Source: Mobula hypostoma
Taxonomy: Eukaryota
DNA: 64,000 nt
Reading direction: 5' to 3'
Assembly (NCBI RefSeq): GCF_963921235.1
Contig: NC_086107.1
Span: forward strand, 97,280,001-97,344,000
Each line of letters starts with the position of its first letter. Position 1 is the stretch's first letter. The notes beneath the pieces are model-generated. The model was given only the letters and a program-made list of their open reading frames with translations, was not told where the DNA came from and made no database searches. The translations under genes and the position numbers were made by a program. Positions 49,896 to 61,800 of this stretch are shown piece after piece.

Positions 49896-50596
49896 GATAG
49901 TTTTTCCATATTTTCTATTATACAGTATCATAGACAAAATGCAGGAGGAACTCAGGAGGCCAGGCAGCATCTATGGAAAAGAGTACAGTCAATGTTTTGG
50001 GCTGAGACTCTTCAGCAGAAGATGAGGAGTAGATTTTAAAGGTGGGGGGCCGGGGGGGGGGAGCAGAGAGAAAATCACCAAGTGATGGGTGAAACTGGGA
50101 GAGGGAGGGAAGAAGTAAAGAGCTGGGAAGTTGATTGGTGAAGGACATACAGGGTTGCAGAAGGAACAGTATTGTACAGTATGTCATTTTTCATCCATAA
50201 ATGCTTGTAAGAAAATAAATATATGTGGTAACATAGATGTACATTGATAATAAATTTACTTTGAACTTTTGAACTTTAGCTCATGCATCTTTAGGAGGGC
50301 TTATTGGATTGCAAAAGATTACAAAACAGGAATTGTGACTCCCCTGTTCAAAAAGCAGAATGGGAGAAGGTAGAAAGCTATGGGCCAGTTAATTGAACAT
50401 CTATCATTGGCAAATTGCTAAAGTCAGTAATCAAAAATAAAATAATTAATCGTTTAATAAAGCTGAATCTTGTCATCACAGTTTTAGGAAAAATCATGCT
50501 TAAATTCTTTGAGAATATGGAACGTTGAAAGAGGAGAAACCGCAGATATAGTATATTTAGATTCCGAATGGCATTTGACAAGGTACTGCATAAGAA

Positions 50597-53500
50597 ACTA
50601 CAGGAATTCTGCAGATGCTGGAAATTCAAGCAACACACATCAAAGTTGCTGGTGAACGCAGCAGGCCAGGCAGCATCTGTAGGAAGAGGTGCAGTCGACG
50701 TTTCAGGCCAAGACCCTTCGTCAGGACTAACTGAAGGAAGAGTGAGTAAGGGATTTGAAAGTTGGAGGGGGAGGGGGAGATCCAAAATGATAGGAGAAGA
50801 CAGGAGGGGGAGGGATAGAGCCAAGAGCTGGACAGGTGATAGGCAAAAGGGGATACGAGAGGATCATGGGACAGGAGGTCCGGGAAGAAAGACAAGGGGG
50901 GGGACTCAGAGGATGGGCAAGAGGTATATTCAGAGGGACAGAGGGAGAAAAAGGAGAGTGAGAGAAAGAATGTGTGCATAAAAATAAGTAACAGATGGGG
51001 TACGAGGGGGAGGTGGGGCCTTAGCGGAAGTTAGAGAAGTCGATGTTCATGCCATCAGGTTGGAGGCTACCCAGACGGAATATAATTGTTCCTCCAACCT
51101 GAGTGTGGCTTCATCTTTACAGTAGAGGAGGCCGTGGATAGACATGTCAGAATGGGAATGGGATGTGGAATTAAAATGTGTGGCCACTGGGAGATCCTGC
51201 TTTCTCTGGCAGACAGAGCGTAGATGTTCAGCAAAGCGGTCTCCCAGTCTGCATCGGGTCTTGCCAATATAAAAGGCCACATCGGGAGCACCGGACGCAA
51301 TATATCACCCCAGTCGACTCACAGGTGAAGTGTTGCCTCACCTGAAAGGACTGTTTGGGGCCCTGAATGGTGGTAAGGGAGGAAGTGTAAGGGCATGTGT
51401 AGCACTTGTTCCGTTTACATGGATAAGTGCCAGAAAGGAGATCAGTGGGGAGGGATGGGAGGGACGAATGGACAAGGGAGTTGTGTAGGGAGCGATCCCT
51501 GCGGAATGCAGAGAGGGGGGGGAGGGAAAGATGTGCTTAGTGGTGGGATCCCATTGGAGGTGGCGGAAGTTACGGAGAATAATATGTTGGACCCAGAGGC
51601 TGGTGGGGTGGTAGGTGAGGACCAGGGGAACCCTATTCCTAGTGGGGTGGCGGGAGGATGGAGTGAGAGCAGATGTACGTGAAATGGGGGAGATGCGTTT
51701 AAGAGCAGAGTTGATAGTGGAGGAAGGGAAGCCCCTTTCCTTAAAAAAGGAAGACATCTTCCTCGTCCTAGAATGAAAAGCCTCATCCTGAGAGCAGATG
51801 CGGCGGAGACGGAGGAATTGCGAGAAGGGGATGGCGTTTTTGCAAGAGACAGGGTGAGAAGAGGAATAGTCCAGATAGCTGTGAGAGTCAGTAGGCTTAT
51901 AGTAGACATCAGTGGATAAGCTGTCTCCAGAGACAGAGACAGAAAGATCTAGGAAGGGGAGGGAGGTGTCGAAAATGGACTAGATAAACTTGAGGGCAGG
52001 GTGAAAGTTGGAGGCAAAGTTAATAAAGTCAATGAGTTCTGCATGCGTGCAGGAAGCAGCGCCAATGCAGTCGTCGATGTAGTGAAGGAAAAGTGGGGGA
52101 CAGATACCAGAATAGGCACGGAACATAGATTGTTCCACAAAGCCAACAAAAAGGCAGGCATAGCTAGGACCCATACGGGTGCCCATAGCTACACCTTTAG
52201 TTTGGAGGAAGTGGGAGGAGCCAAAGGAGAAATTATTAAGAGTAAGGACTAATTCCGCTAGACGGAGCAGAGTGGTGGTAGAGGGGAACTGATTAGGTCT
52301 GGAATCCAAAAAGAAGCGTAGAGCTTTGAGACCTTCCTGATGGGGGATGGAAGTATATAAGGACTGGACATCCATGGTGAAAATAAAGCGGTGGGGGCCA
52401 GGGAACTTAAAATCATCGAAAAGTTTAAGAGCGTGAGAAGTGTCACGACCATAGGTCGGAAGGGATTGAACAAGGGGTGATAAAACCGTGCCGAGGTATG
52501 CAGAAACGAGTTCGGTGGGGCAGGAGCAAGCTGAGACAATAGGTCGGCCAGGACAGGTAGGTTTGTGGATCTTGGGTAGGAGGTAGAAACGGGAAGTGCG
52601 GGGTGTGGGAACTATAAGGTTGGTAGCAGTGGATGGGAGATCCCCTGAGCGGATAAAGTCGGTGATGGTGTGGGAGACAATGGTCTGGTGCTCCTTAGTG
52701 GGGTCACGATCGAGGAGTAAATAAGAGGAGGTATCCGCGAGTTGTCACTGTGCCTCGGCAAGGTGAGGTCAGTACGCCAGACTACAACAGCACCCCCCTT
52801 ATCGGCAGGTTTAATAGTAAGGTTAGGATTAGTGCGGAGGGAGTGGAGAGCAGAGCGTTCGGAAGGAGTGAGGTTGGAATAGGAACAAGGTGCGGTGAAG
52901 TCGAGACGGTTGATGTCCCGTCGGCAATTAGCGATAAAGAGAACCAGAGCAGGCAGAAGACCAGAGCGGGGTGTCCATGAAGAAGAGGAGGGTTGAAGAT
53001 GGGAGAAGGGGTCATCGGTGGGGGTGGAAGAGTCCTTGCCGAAGAAGTAGGCTCGGAGACGGAGACGGCAGAGGAAGAGTTCCGCATCAAGGCGAACGCG
53101 GAACTCGCTGAGGTGTGGGCGAAGGGGGACAAACGTGAGGCCCTTACTGAGGACAGAGCGTTCTGCCTCCGACAGTTGAAGGTCGGAGGGGATGGTAAAG
53201 ACCCGGCACGGATGAGAGCTGGGATCAGAGGGGGGAGGGGGGAGGCTCGGGGTGTCAGTGGAGAGGGGAGGGTTGGGGTGAGAGGAAGATGGAGCGTCTG
53301 AGGGCCCAGGAGTTGACGGTGGGATCTGAGGGAGACGGGGCTGCGGAGTGGTGGTGGGGGAAGGGGCGACGGGAGTCACAACAGCAGCACATAAAGACCC
53401 GGCCTGAAGTTCAAGGCTGGAGTTGCAGTTGGTGGTTGCGCAATCGCTGTGAAGGTGTCCATGGTCGTTGCTGGAGTCCGGGTTTTGAATATGTCCATGG

Positions 53501-53917
53501 TCGTTGCTGGAGTCCGGGTTTTGAATATGCCCTGAGGTGTTGGAGCCGACGAGATCAATGGCTGGATCAGCAATCTGAAGTTCATGCCTGCTAGTTTCAG
53601 GGCCCGCAGGCTCTGGACTCCGTAGATGTAAGATCTTGCGATCTTTGCCTCACATGACAAAGTCAAAAAAACGGCGATTGCAGGCGTGAATCCGACGGAG
53701 GATGAAATAACGGGTAGGACCATAACAGACGGCGAAGAAAGTGTCCCGAAGGTGTGGAAGGGTCTGGGATAGGGACACCAAGTACCTCCTCATGGCGGAG
53801 AGAGTCGCCTTCAGAGCTTGACGGGAGAAGCGGCGAGAGGCAGAGTCAATAAAATGTGAGTACCTGGGATCCTCAGAAGGTCCAAATTGAGAGGCTTGGA
53901 AACGAATCCTAAAGCCA
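50597..53917 (-). mobile_element. Penelope-like retroelement (Neptune-type), 5'-truncated, frameshifted RT + GIY-YIG endonuclease, with 12-bp TSD
   Basis: SKGLTFVP, IKPADKGGAVVVW, MDVQSLYTSIPH, GVAMGTRMGPSYA, YIDD, FKERGFP, Cys-rich linker PCKRNKCYTC, YIGKTRCRLGDRFAEHL. TSD ACTGCATAAGAA at 50585-50596 and 53918-53929. Confidence 0.95.
50693..50728 (-). ncRNA. Minimal type I hammerhead ribozyme in the PLE terminal repeat
   Basis: Minus strand AGTC-CTGACGA-AGG-gtcttgg-CCT-GAAA-CG-TC-GACT: intact core boxes, stem I AGTC/GACT, palindromic ACGT stem III, GUC cleavage triplet. Confidence 0.8.
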
Positions 53918-54244
53918 ACTGCATAAGAAGTTGGTGCATGAAGTCAGTGACCAAGGTATCGAACAAAGTGTGTTTGAATGAATTGAAAACTGCATATCTC
54001 ATAAAAAAACAAGAGTTAGAATAAATCTGTCCTTTTCAGATTGAAAGAGGTAATTAATGGAGTACCTCAGGGATCAGCTTTGTTCACTATTAGTGAGCTG
54101 GAGGAGGGAACAGTGCGTAAGGTTACTAAATATGCCGGTGATGCAGAAGTAGGTGGAAAGGCATTTTGTTATCAGAACAGTATGATTCTGCAAAGGGATA
54201 TGGATAGGTTTATTGAGTGGCAGAAGATTGACAAATAATGTTAT

Positions 54245-54818
54245 AGAGTCATAGAAAAGTTCAGCACAGTCACAGGCTCTTCGGCCCCTCTAGTCCATGC
54301 CGAATGATCTAAACTACCTACTCTCATCGACCTGCACTGGGACCACAGCCCTCCATATTCCTACCTTCCATCTACCTATCCAAACTTCTCTTAAATTTTG
54401 AAGTTGAGCTCGCATGCACCACTTGTGCTGGCAGCTCATTCCACACTCGCACAATCCTTTGAGTGAAGAACTTCCCCCTCGTGTTACCCTTAAACTTTTC
54501 CCCTTTCACCCTTAACCTTTAACCTCTAGTTGTAGAACCAGTCAATCTCAGTGGAAAAAGCCTGATTGCTTTACCCTATCTCCACCCCTCACAACTTTGT
54601 ATGCCTCTATCAAATCTCCTCTCAGTCTTCTATACTCCATGGAATAAAGTCCTAACCTACCAATCTTTCCTTATACCTCAGATCCTCCAGACCCAGCAAT
54701 ATCCTTGTAAATTTTCTCTGTACTCTTTCAACCTTATTTATATCTTTCCTGTAGGTAGGTGACCAAAACTGCACAAATTCTCCAAATTAGGCCTCATCAA
54801 CATTTTATACAACTTCAA
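54245..54818 (-). mobile_element. CR1 3' fragment inserted antisense into the older CR1
   Basis: Reverse complement of LKLYK..L.RPNLE..VQFWSP... with a (CTATGACT)-type tail. Confidence 0.85.
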
Positions 54819-55267
54819 CTGTGAAAGTGTGACATTCCACACTTCAATAAGAGGGAACAAAAGGCAGAATTTTAGCTAGATGGAAAGAGCTGCATGTGAG
54901 TGAGGCACACACAACATGCTGGAGGAACTCAGCAGGCCAGGCAACTGTACATTTTTTCCATAGATGGTGCCTGGCCTGCTGAGTTCCTCCAGCATTGTGT
55001 ATGTGCTGCTTGGATTTATCTCCTGTTTGCATGTAAGTGAAGTTTAGAGGAATCCAGATGCTCCAGTACATGAAATACAAAAGTTAGCAGCTAGGTTCGG
55101 CAAGCAGCTAAGGAGGCAGGTGACACTTTGGCCTTTATTATAAAGGCATTGAATAGGGAGGTTTTGGTAAAGCTGACAGGATGTTGGTGAGGCCACACTT
55201 GGAAAACTGGGCACAACTTGCTCCCTTTAATTCAAAAAGGATATAGCAACATTTTGGGTGGGGGTGG

Positions 55268-55693
55268 AGATACGTCTCTACCAAAGGAGGTGTAAAGCAC
55301 TCTTTCCCTCCGCTACTCTGTAGGTCACCCTCGGGCAAGGTGTAGCACCCGCTTAGCCCCACAAGCAGGTTCAGGTGAAGCCATGGAAGGAGATGGTGGA
55401 TGGTCATATGAGCAGCTGGTGCATATCACAAGTCCTGGCTATGTGGCCACTGACACCAGGCAGACAATCTCTGAAGTGTATTGATAATGGCTGGGGTCAC
55501 CCGTCTTGTAAAGACACTGCCCAGAAGAAGGCAATGGCAAACCACTGCTGTAGAAAAATTTGCCTAAAACAATCATGGTTATGAAGACCATGATCGTCCA
55601 TGTCATACAATATGGCACATAACGATGATGTCATATGGTACGGCACATAACGTTGATGTCATATGGTATGGCACATAATGGTGGTGATGATGA
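55268..55693 (+). mobile_element. RTE-related SINE/non-autonomous element (copy 2) with triplicated 3' end
   Basis: GAAGAAGGCAATGGCAAACCAC; GGCACATAA(C/T)G.TG repeated three times; (ATG)n tail. Confidence 0.7.
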
Positions 55694-56844
55694 TAGTAAC
55701 AATGGAGCCAGTTCAGAGGAAATTCACCAGGTTAATTCTTTGGATGGAAGGATTGTCCTTTCAAGAGAGACGAAGATCTGTATTCCCTGGAATTTAGAAG
55801 AATTTGAAATGACAATATTCAAATATCTAAGATCCCAAGAAGGCTCAACAGGGTGGATGTTGAGATATTTTCTCTAGTAGGAGATTATTGATCGAGGGAA
55901 CATAACTACAATGTATGGGCTAGTCATTTCAAACTGAGGTACATAGAAATGTCTTTTTGCAGTGGAGGGTGAATCACTAGAAGTCTGTGTCCTGCTGGAT
56001 GGTGGGATCTGGATAAGCAGAAGTATTTAAAATGGAGATGGATGAAAAAAAGACAGATTGAGGAAGAGAGTGGTATGGAGAAATGGTGTTGAGGCCGGCC
56101 TAGACCAGCAATGGTTATACTGAATGGTGGGGCAGACCTGAGGAGCCTGATGGCATACCCTGCTCCCATTGTCTAGCATTTTTGTCTGTGTTAGGCCAAA
56201 CGTATCATTTCCCTTGATGAATCAAACAAGATCTCAAGTTCCAAAGGTTTTCCAGGTTGTGTGTAGGGAGGACCATAGTGGATGGCAGCCCAGTGCTGAT
56301 GCTCACTATAGGCTCATACGCACCACCGGGGTTCAGAGCCGAAGGGCAGCTGGGAGACCCATCCCAGGAGTGTGGGACATTGGGAAAAGATGGGACAAAA
56401 GGGGGAAGAGCTGCGTGTCTGGCACTTGTGACTCAGTGTTCCCTCCTCTCCCTTCCAGGGCCCTCACTGATCTCCTGAAGCAGCAGGGAAACCCCCCGAT
56501 GGATTGCATCGAGCGCGATGGGAGCGTCGGAGCAGTTCAGGTGCCCATCACGGGCAGTCTCTCGCCGAGACCGTCGAGGAGCACTGCTGGTAGGTAGCCC
56601 CTCCTTCACCAACAGCCACTTTCAGCGGCGCCTGCTGAGATTACAGCTCCGAGATTAAGGGCCAAAGCAACTCCTGCAGTGTGAAGTGATGGACGCCCCG
56701 TGGACTGTACGGTCCTCACTGACCCAACATACTACAGACCTGAGTCAGGTATTCCTTCCATATAACACTGGCATCAGGGGTCAGCAGTGATCCAAATGTC
56801 CAACAAGTTGTTCATGGGTCAGGTGGGAGGGGGCTAAATTCAAT

Positions 56845-57135
56845 CTGATACCAGAGGGCATGCATATATAAGATGAGAACGGGATGTGAGGGGAAAGTTT
56901 TCATACTCAGAGAGTGATGGGTGCCTGGAGTGAGCTGCCTGGGCTGGTGGTAGAGACTGAGCATTGCAGACTTTTAACGGACATTTAGATGGGCAATTGA
57001 ATGTGAGGGAAATGGAAGCATATGGACATCGCGCAGGCAGAAGGGATTAATTTGGCAGGCCATCTGAGTCCTAATTCAATCGGTTCAGCACAACATTGTG
57101 GGCCGAAGGGCCTGTTTCTGTGCTCTACCGTTCTA
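56845..57135 (+). mobile_element. CR1 3' end fragment
   Basis: TRGH...TQRV.GAW.ELP and 3' UTR GTGGGCCGAAGGGCCTGTT. Confidence 0.75.
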
Positions 57136-57414
57136 TAAGTGACAGTCTCTGCAGTTGAGTGTGGCTGTGAGCCTCGGCGCTGGTCCAGATGTGGCACAGC
57201 GCCAGTTCATCGGATCCAGATGTTTATCGATGAATGTGCTGGAGTCCAGATGGGCAGCCACGAGCACGCAGATGTCTACCGCCCCGACGGTTCAGATCTT
57301 CTGAATGTGTAGCCATCTCATTGAGGTCACCCACGGTGCAGGCACGTTAAATGTTGAAAACAAGCCTGCTTTCGTCGATGTGTCACTCTGATGGAGCGCT
57401 GTGAAGGTACACTG

Positions 57415-57760
57415 AATCAGAAACAGATTTAACATCACTGGCATATGTTATGATACTCGCTGTTTCGCTGCAGCAGTACATTACAATACACAATAAACAG
57501 CCATAAATTACAAAAAGAAATATATATTAAAATTAAATTTAAAACATGGTGCATAAAGAGAGCAAAGCAATCGCGAGGTAGTAGGCATTCAGAAATTCGA
57601 TGGTGGAGGGGAAGGAGCTGTTTCTATAATGTTGAGTGTGTGTCTTCAGGCTCCTGTACCTCCTGCTTGATGAGAAGAGGGCATGTCCTGCCTGTCGGGG
57701 GTCCTTAATGATGCACGCTGCCTTCTTAAGCCATCGCCTTTTGAAGGTGTCCTCGATGCT
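57415..57760 (-). mobile_element. Rex1/Babar-like LINE 3' end
   Basis: KKAACIIKDPRQAGHALFS..RRYRSLKTHT...NSSFPSTI. Confidence 0.8.
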
Positions 57761-58135
57761 TCCCAAAGAAGGTGCCTGTGTGTCAGGACAAGAGAAAGGG
57801 TAGCAGGGAGAATATGCAGGCAGCAGCCCATCATCCAGCTTCTCCACACTACGACAAGAAGCTCTTTGGCCAGTGACTTGCTGCTCCCAGTGCACAGGAT
57901 ATCAGACAATACGAGGCTTACTCATGATGCGTTTGCAAATGATAATCAAGTCTCCAGGGTCAGCTCCTCGAGTGGAAAGACTGCTGGGCCGGGCACGTTG
58001 CCTGGACTCAGACTGGAGGCAGCTGGTGGAACGAGGTCTGCTACGTTCAGCACAGACAAAACTCTGTCCACCTCAGTCAGAGCAGTGTACCCCAGAGGTT
58101 GCTGCTCACGGAGAGGCAGATGAGTAATTACAGGA

Positions 58136-58769
58136 ACACTCACAACATGCTGGAGGAACTCAGCAGGTCAGGCAGCATCCATGGAAACGATCAGTCAACG
58201 ATTCGGGCCAGAACCTTTCGTCACGACTGAAGAGGGAAGGAGCAGAGGCCCTATAAAGAAGGTGGGGGGAGGGTGGGAAGGAGACGGCTGGTAGGTTCCA
58301 GGTGCACCTCATATACCGTCTGGGTAGTCTTCAGCCCCTTGGTATGAACACTGAATTCTCCAACTTCTGGTAATCCCCTCCCCCTCCCTTCCTCCATCCC
58401 TATTTCATTCTGCCCCTCCCCCAGCTGCCTATCACCTCCCTCATGGTTCTGCCTCCTTCTACTATCCATTGTGCTTTCCCTTATTCCTCCTTCACCGTTC
58501 CTGCCTATCACCTCCCTGCATCCCCTCCCCCACCCTTTTATCTTTCCCCTTACCGGTTTTTCACCTGGACCGACCAGCCTTCTCCTTCCCACCCTCCCCC
58601 CACCTTCTTTATAGGGCCTCTGCCCCTTCCCTCTTCAGTCCTGATGAAGGGTTCCGGCCCGATACGTTGACTGATCGTTTCCACGGATGCTGCCCCAGCT
58701 GCTGAGTTCCTCCACCATGTTGTGAGTGTTGCTTTGACCCCAGCATCTGCAGAGTATTTTGTGTTGTGT
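58136..58769 (+). mobile_element. Short PLE insertion with inverted 5' terminal-repeat copy and 15-bp TSD
   Basis: TSD TGAGTAATTACAGGA (58121-58135, 58770-58784). Arms 58136-58304 and 58562-58729 are inverted. Internal HLIYRLGSLQPLGMNTEFSNFW* is the PLE endonuclease C-terminus. Confidence 0.92.
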
Positions 58770-58809
58770 TGAGTAATTACAGGAGCAGCTGAAGTGTGGG
58801 CCTGAAGAA

Positions 58810-61800
58810 GTGTGTCGGTGCTTACAGGGAGTCGTGAGGTGTGTAGTCAGTTTCCCTGGGGGACTCCGCGAAGTGTGTCAGCATTTACAGAGTGTCACCA
58901 GGGCATGTGTCCGTGTTTACAAGGGGTCCTGGGGAGAGTGTCGGTACTTATTGGGGGAGCTAAGGATAGTGTCAGCTTTTAAAGGCGGACCCAGGGGGTG
59001 TGTCAGTATTTACTGGGGGAACAAGGGGTGTGTGTCAGTATTTACTGGGGAACCCAGGGGGTGTGTCAGTATTTACTGGGGGGACAAGGGGGGGGTGTGT
59101 CAGTATTTACTGGGGGAACAAGGGAGGTGTGTCAGTATTTACTGGGGAACCCAGGGGGTGTGTCAGTATTTACTGGGGGAACAAGGGGGGGGTGTCAGTG
59201 TTTACTGGGGGAACAAGGAGGGTGTCAGTATTTACTGGGGGACCCAGGGAGTGTGTCAGTATTTACTGGGGACCCAGGGGGTGTTTCAGTATTTACCAGG
59301 GGACTCAGGGGTGTGTCAGTATTTGATGGGGGACCCAGGGGATGTATCAGTATTTACTGGGGAGCCCTGGGGGTGTGTCAATATTTACTGGGGGAACAAG
59401 GGTGTGTGTCAGCATTTGCTGGAGGACCCAGGGGGTGTGTCAGTATTTACTGGGGGATCAAGGGTGTGTGTCAGTATTTGCTGGAGGACCCAGGGGGTGT
59501 GTCAGTATTTACAGGAAGATAGAGGGGGTGTGTCAGTATTTACAGGACGATCGAGGGATTGTGTAGGTATTTACAGGGAGATCGAGGGATTGTGTCAGTA
59601 TTTACAAGGAGATCGACGGGGTGTGTCAGTATTTACAGGGAGGTCGAGGGATTGTGTCAGTATTTACAGGGAGATCGAAGGAGTGTGTCAGTATTTACAG
59701 GGAAATGGAGGGATTGTGTCAGTATTTACAGGGAGATTGAGGGATTGTGTCAGTATTTACAGGGAGGTCAAGGGATTGTGTCAGTATCTACAGGGAGATC
59801 GAGGGAGTGTGTCAATATTTACAGGGAGATCGAGGGAGTATGTCAGTATTTACAGGGAGATCGAGGGATTGTGTCAGTATTTACAGGGAGATCGAGGGAT
59901 TGTGTCAGTATTTACAGAGAGATCGAGGGATTGTGTCAGTATTTACAGGGAGATCGAGGGATTGGGTCAGTATTTACAGGGAGATCGAGGGATTGTGTCA
60001 GTATTTACAAGAAGATCGAGGGAGTGTGTCAATATTTACAGGGAGATCGAGAGGGTGTGTCAGTATTTACAGGGAGATCGAGGGATTGTATCAGTATTTA
60101 CAGGACGATCGAGGGATTGTGTCAGTATTTACAGAGAGATCGAGGGATTGTGTCAGTATTTACAGGGAGATCGAGGGAGTGTGTCAGTATTTACAGGGAG
60201 ATCGAGAGGGTGTGTCAGTATTTACAGGGAGATCGAGGGGGTGTGTCAGTATTTACAGGGAGATCGAGGGAGTGTGTCAGTATTTACAGGGAGATCGAGG
60301 GAGTGTGTCAGTATTTACAGGGAGATCGAGGGAATGTGTCAGTATTTACAGGGAGATCGAGGGAGTGTGTCAGTATTTGCAGGGAGATCGAGGGATTGTG
60401 TCAGTATTTACAGGGAGATCGAGGGATTGTGTCAGTATTTACAGGGAGATCGAGGGAGTGTGTCAGTATTTACAGGGAGATCGAGGGAGTGTGTCAGTAT
60501 TTACAGGGAGATCGAGGGGGTGTGTCAGTATTTACAGGGAGATCGAGGGGATGTGTCAGTATTTACAGGGAGATCGAGAGAGTGTGTCAATATTTACAGG
60601 GAGATCGAGGGATTGTGTCAGTATTTACAGGGAGATCGAGGGAGTGTGTCAGTATTTACAGGGAGATCGAGGGGGTGTGTCAGTATTTACAGGGAGATCG
60701 AGGGGATGTGTCAGTATTTACAGGGAGATCGAGAGAGTGTGTCAATATTTACAGGGAGATCGAGGGAGTGTGTCAGTATTTACAGGGAGATCGAGGGAGT
60801 GTGTCAGTATTTACAGGGAGATCGAGGGAGTGTGTCAGTATTTACAGGGAGATCGAGGGAGTGTCTCAGTATTTACAGGGAGATCGAGGGATTGTGTCAG
60901 TATTTACAGGGAGATCGAGGGATTGTGTCAATATTTACAGGGAGGTCGAGAGATTGTGTCAGTATTTACAGGGAGATCGAGGAAGTGTGTCAATATTTAC
61001 AGGGAGATCGAGGGAGTATGTCAGTATTTACAGGGAGATCGAGGGGATGTGTCAGTATTTACAGGGAGATCGAGGGAGTGTCAGTATTTACAGGGAGATC
61101 GAGGGATTGTGTCAGTATTTACAGGGAGATCGAGGGAGTGTGTCAGTATTTACAGGGAGATCGAGGGAGTGTGTCAGTATTTACAGGGAGATCGAGAGAG
61201 TGTGTCAATATTTACAGGGAGATCGAGGGAGTGTGTCAGTATTTACAGGGAGATCGAGGGAGTGTGTCAGTATTTACAGGGAGATCGAGGGAGTGTGTCA
61301 GTATTTACAGGGAGATCGAGGGATTGTGTCAGTATTTACAGGGAGATCGAGGGATTGTGTCAATATTTACAGGGAGGTCGAGAGATTGTGTCAGTATTTA
61401 CAGGGAGATCGAGGGGATGTGTCAGTATTTACAGGGAGATCGAGGGATTGTGTCAGTATTTACAGGGAGATCGAGGGATTGTGTCAGTATTTACAGGGAG
61501 ATCGAGGGAGTGTGTCAGTATTTACAGGGAGATCGAGGGGGTGTGTCAGTATTTACAGGGAGATCGAGGGGATGTGTCAGTATTTACAGGGAGATCGAGG
61601 GAGTGTGTCAGTATTTACAGAGAGATCGAGGGAGTGTGTCAGTATTTACAGGGAGATCGAGGGAGTGTGACAATATTTACAGGGAGATCGAGGGAGTGTG
61701 TCAGTATTTACAGGGAGATCGAGGGAGTGTGTCAGTATTTACAGGGAGATCGAGGGATTGTGTCAGTATTTACAGGGAGATCGAGGGAGTGTGTCAATAT

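Larger units (their letters stand above)
50330..56170 (+). mobile_element. Old CR1 RT, split by several younger insertions
   Basis: Motifs run in order across the insertions: Y.PVN.TSI..K.L, YLDFRMAFDKVLHKK | LVH, EVINGVPQGS, KYAGDA, LVRPHLE (about 55190), and a 3' UTR at about 56100. Confidence 0.75.
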
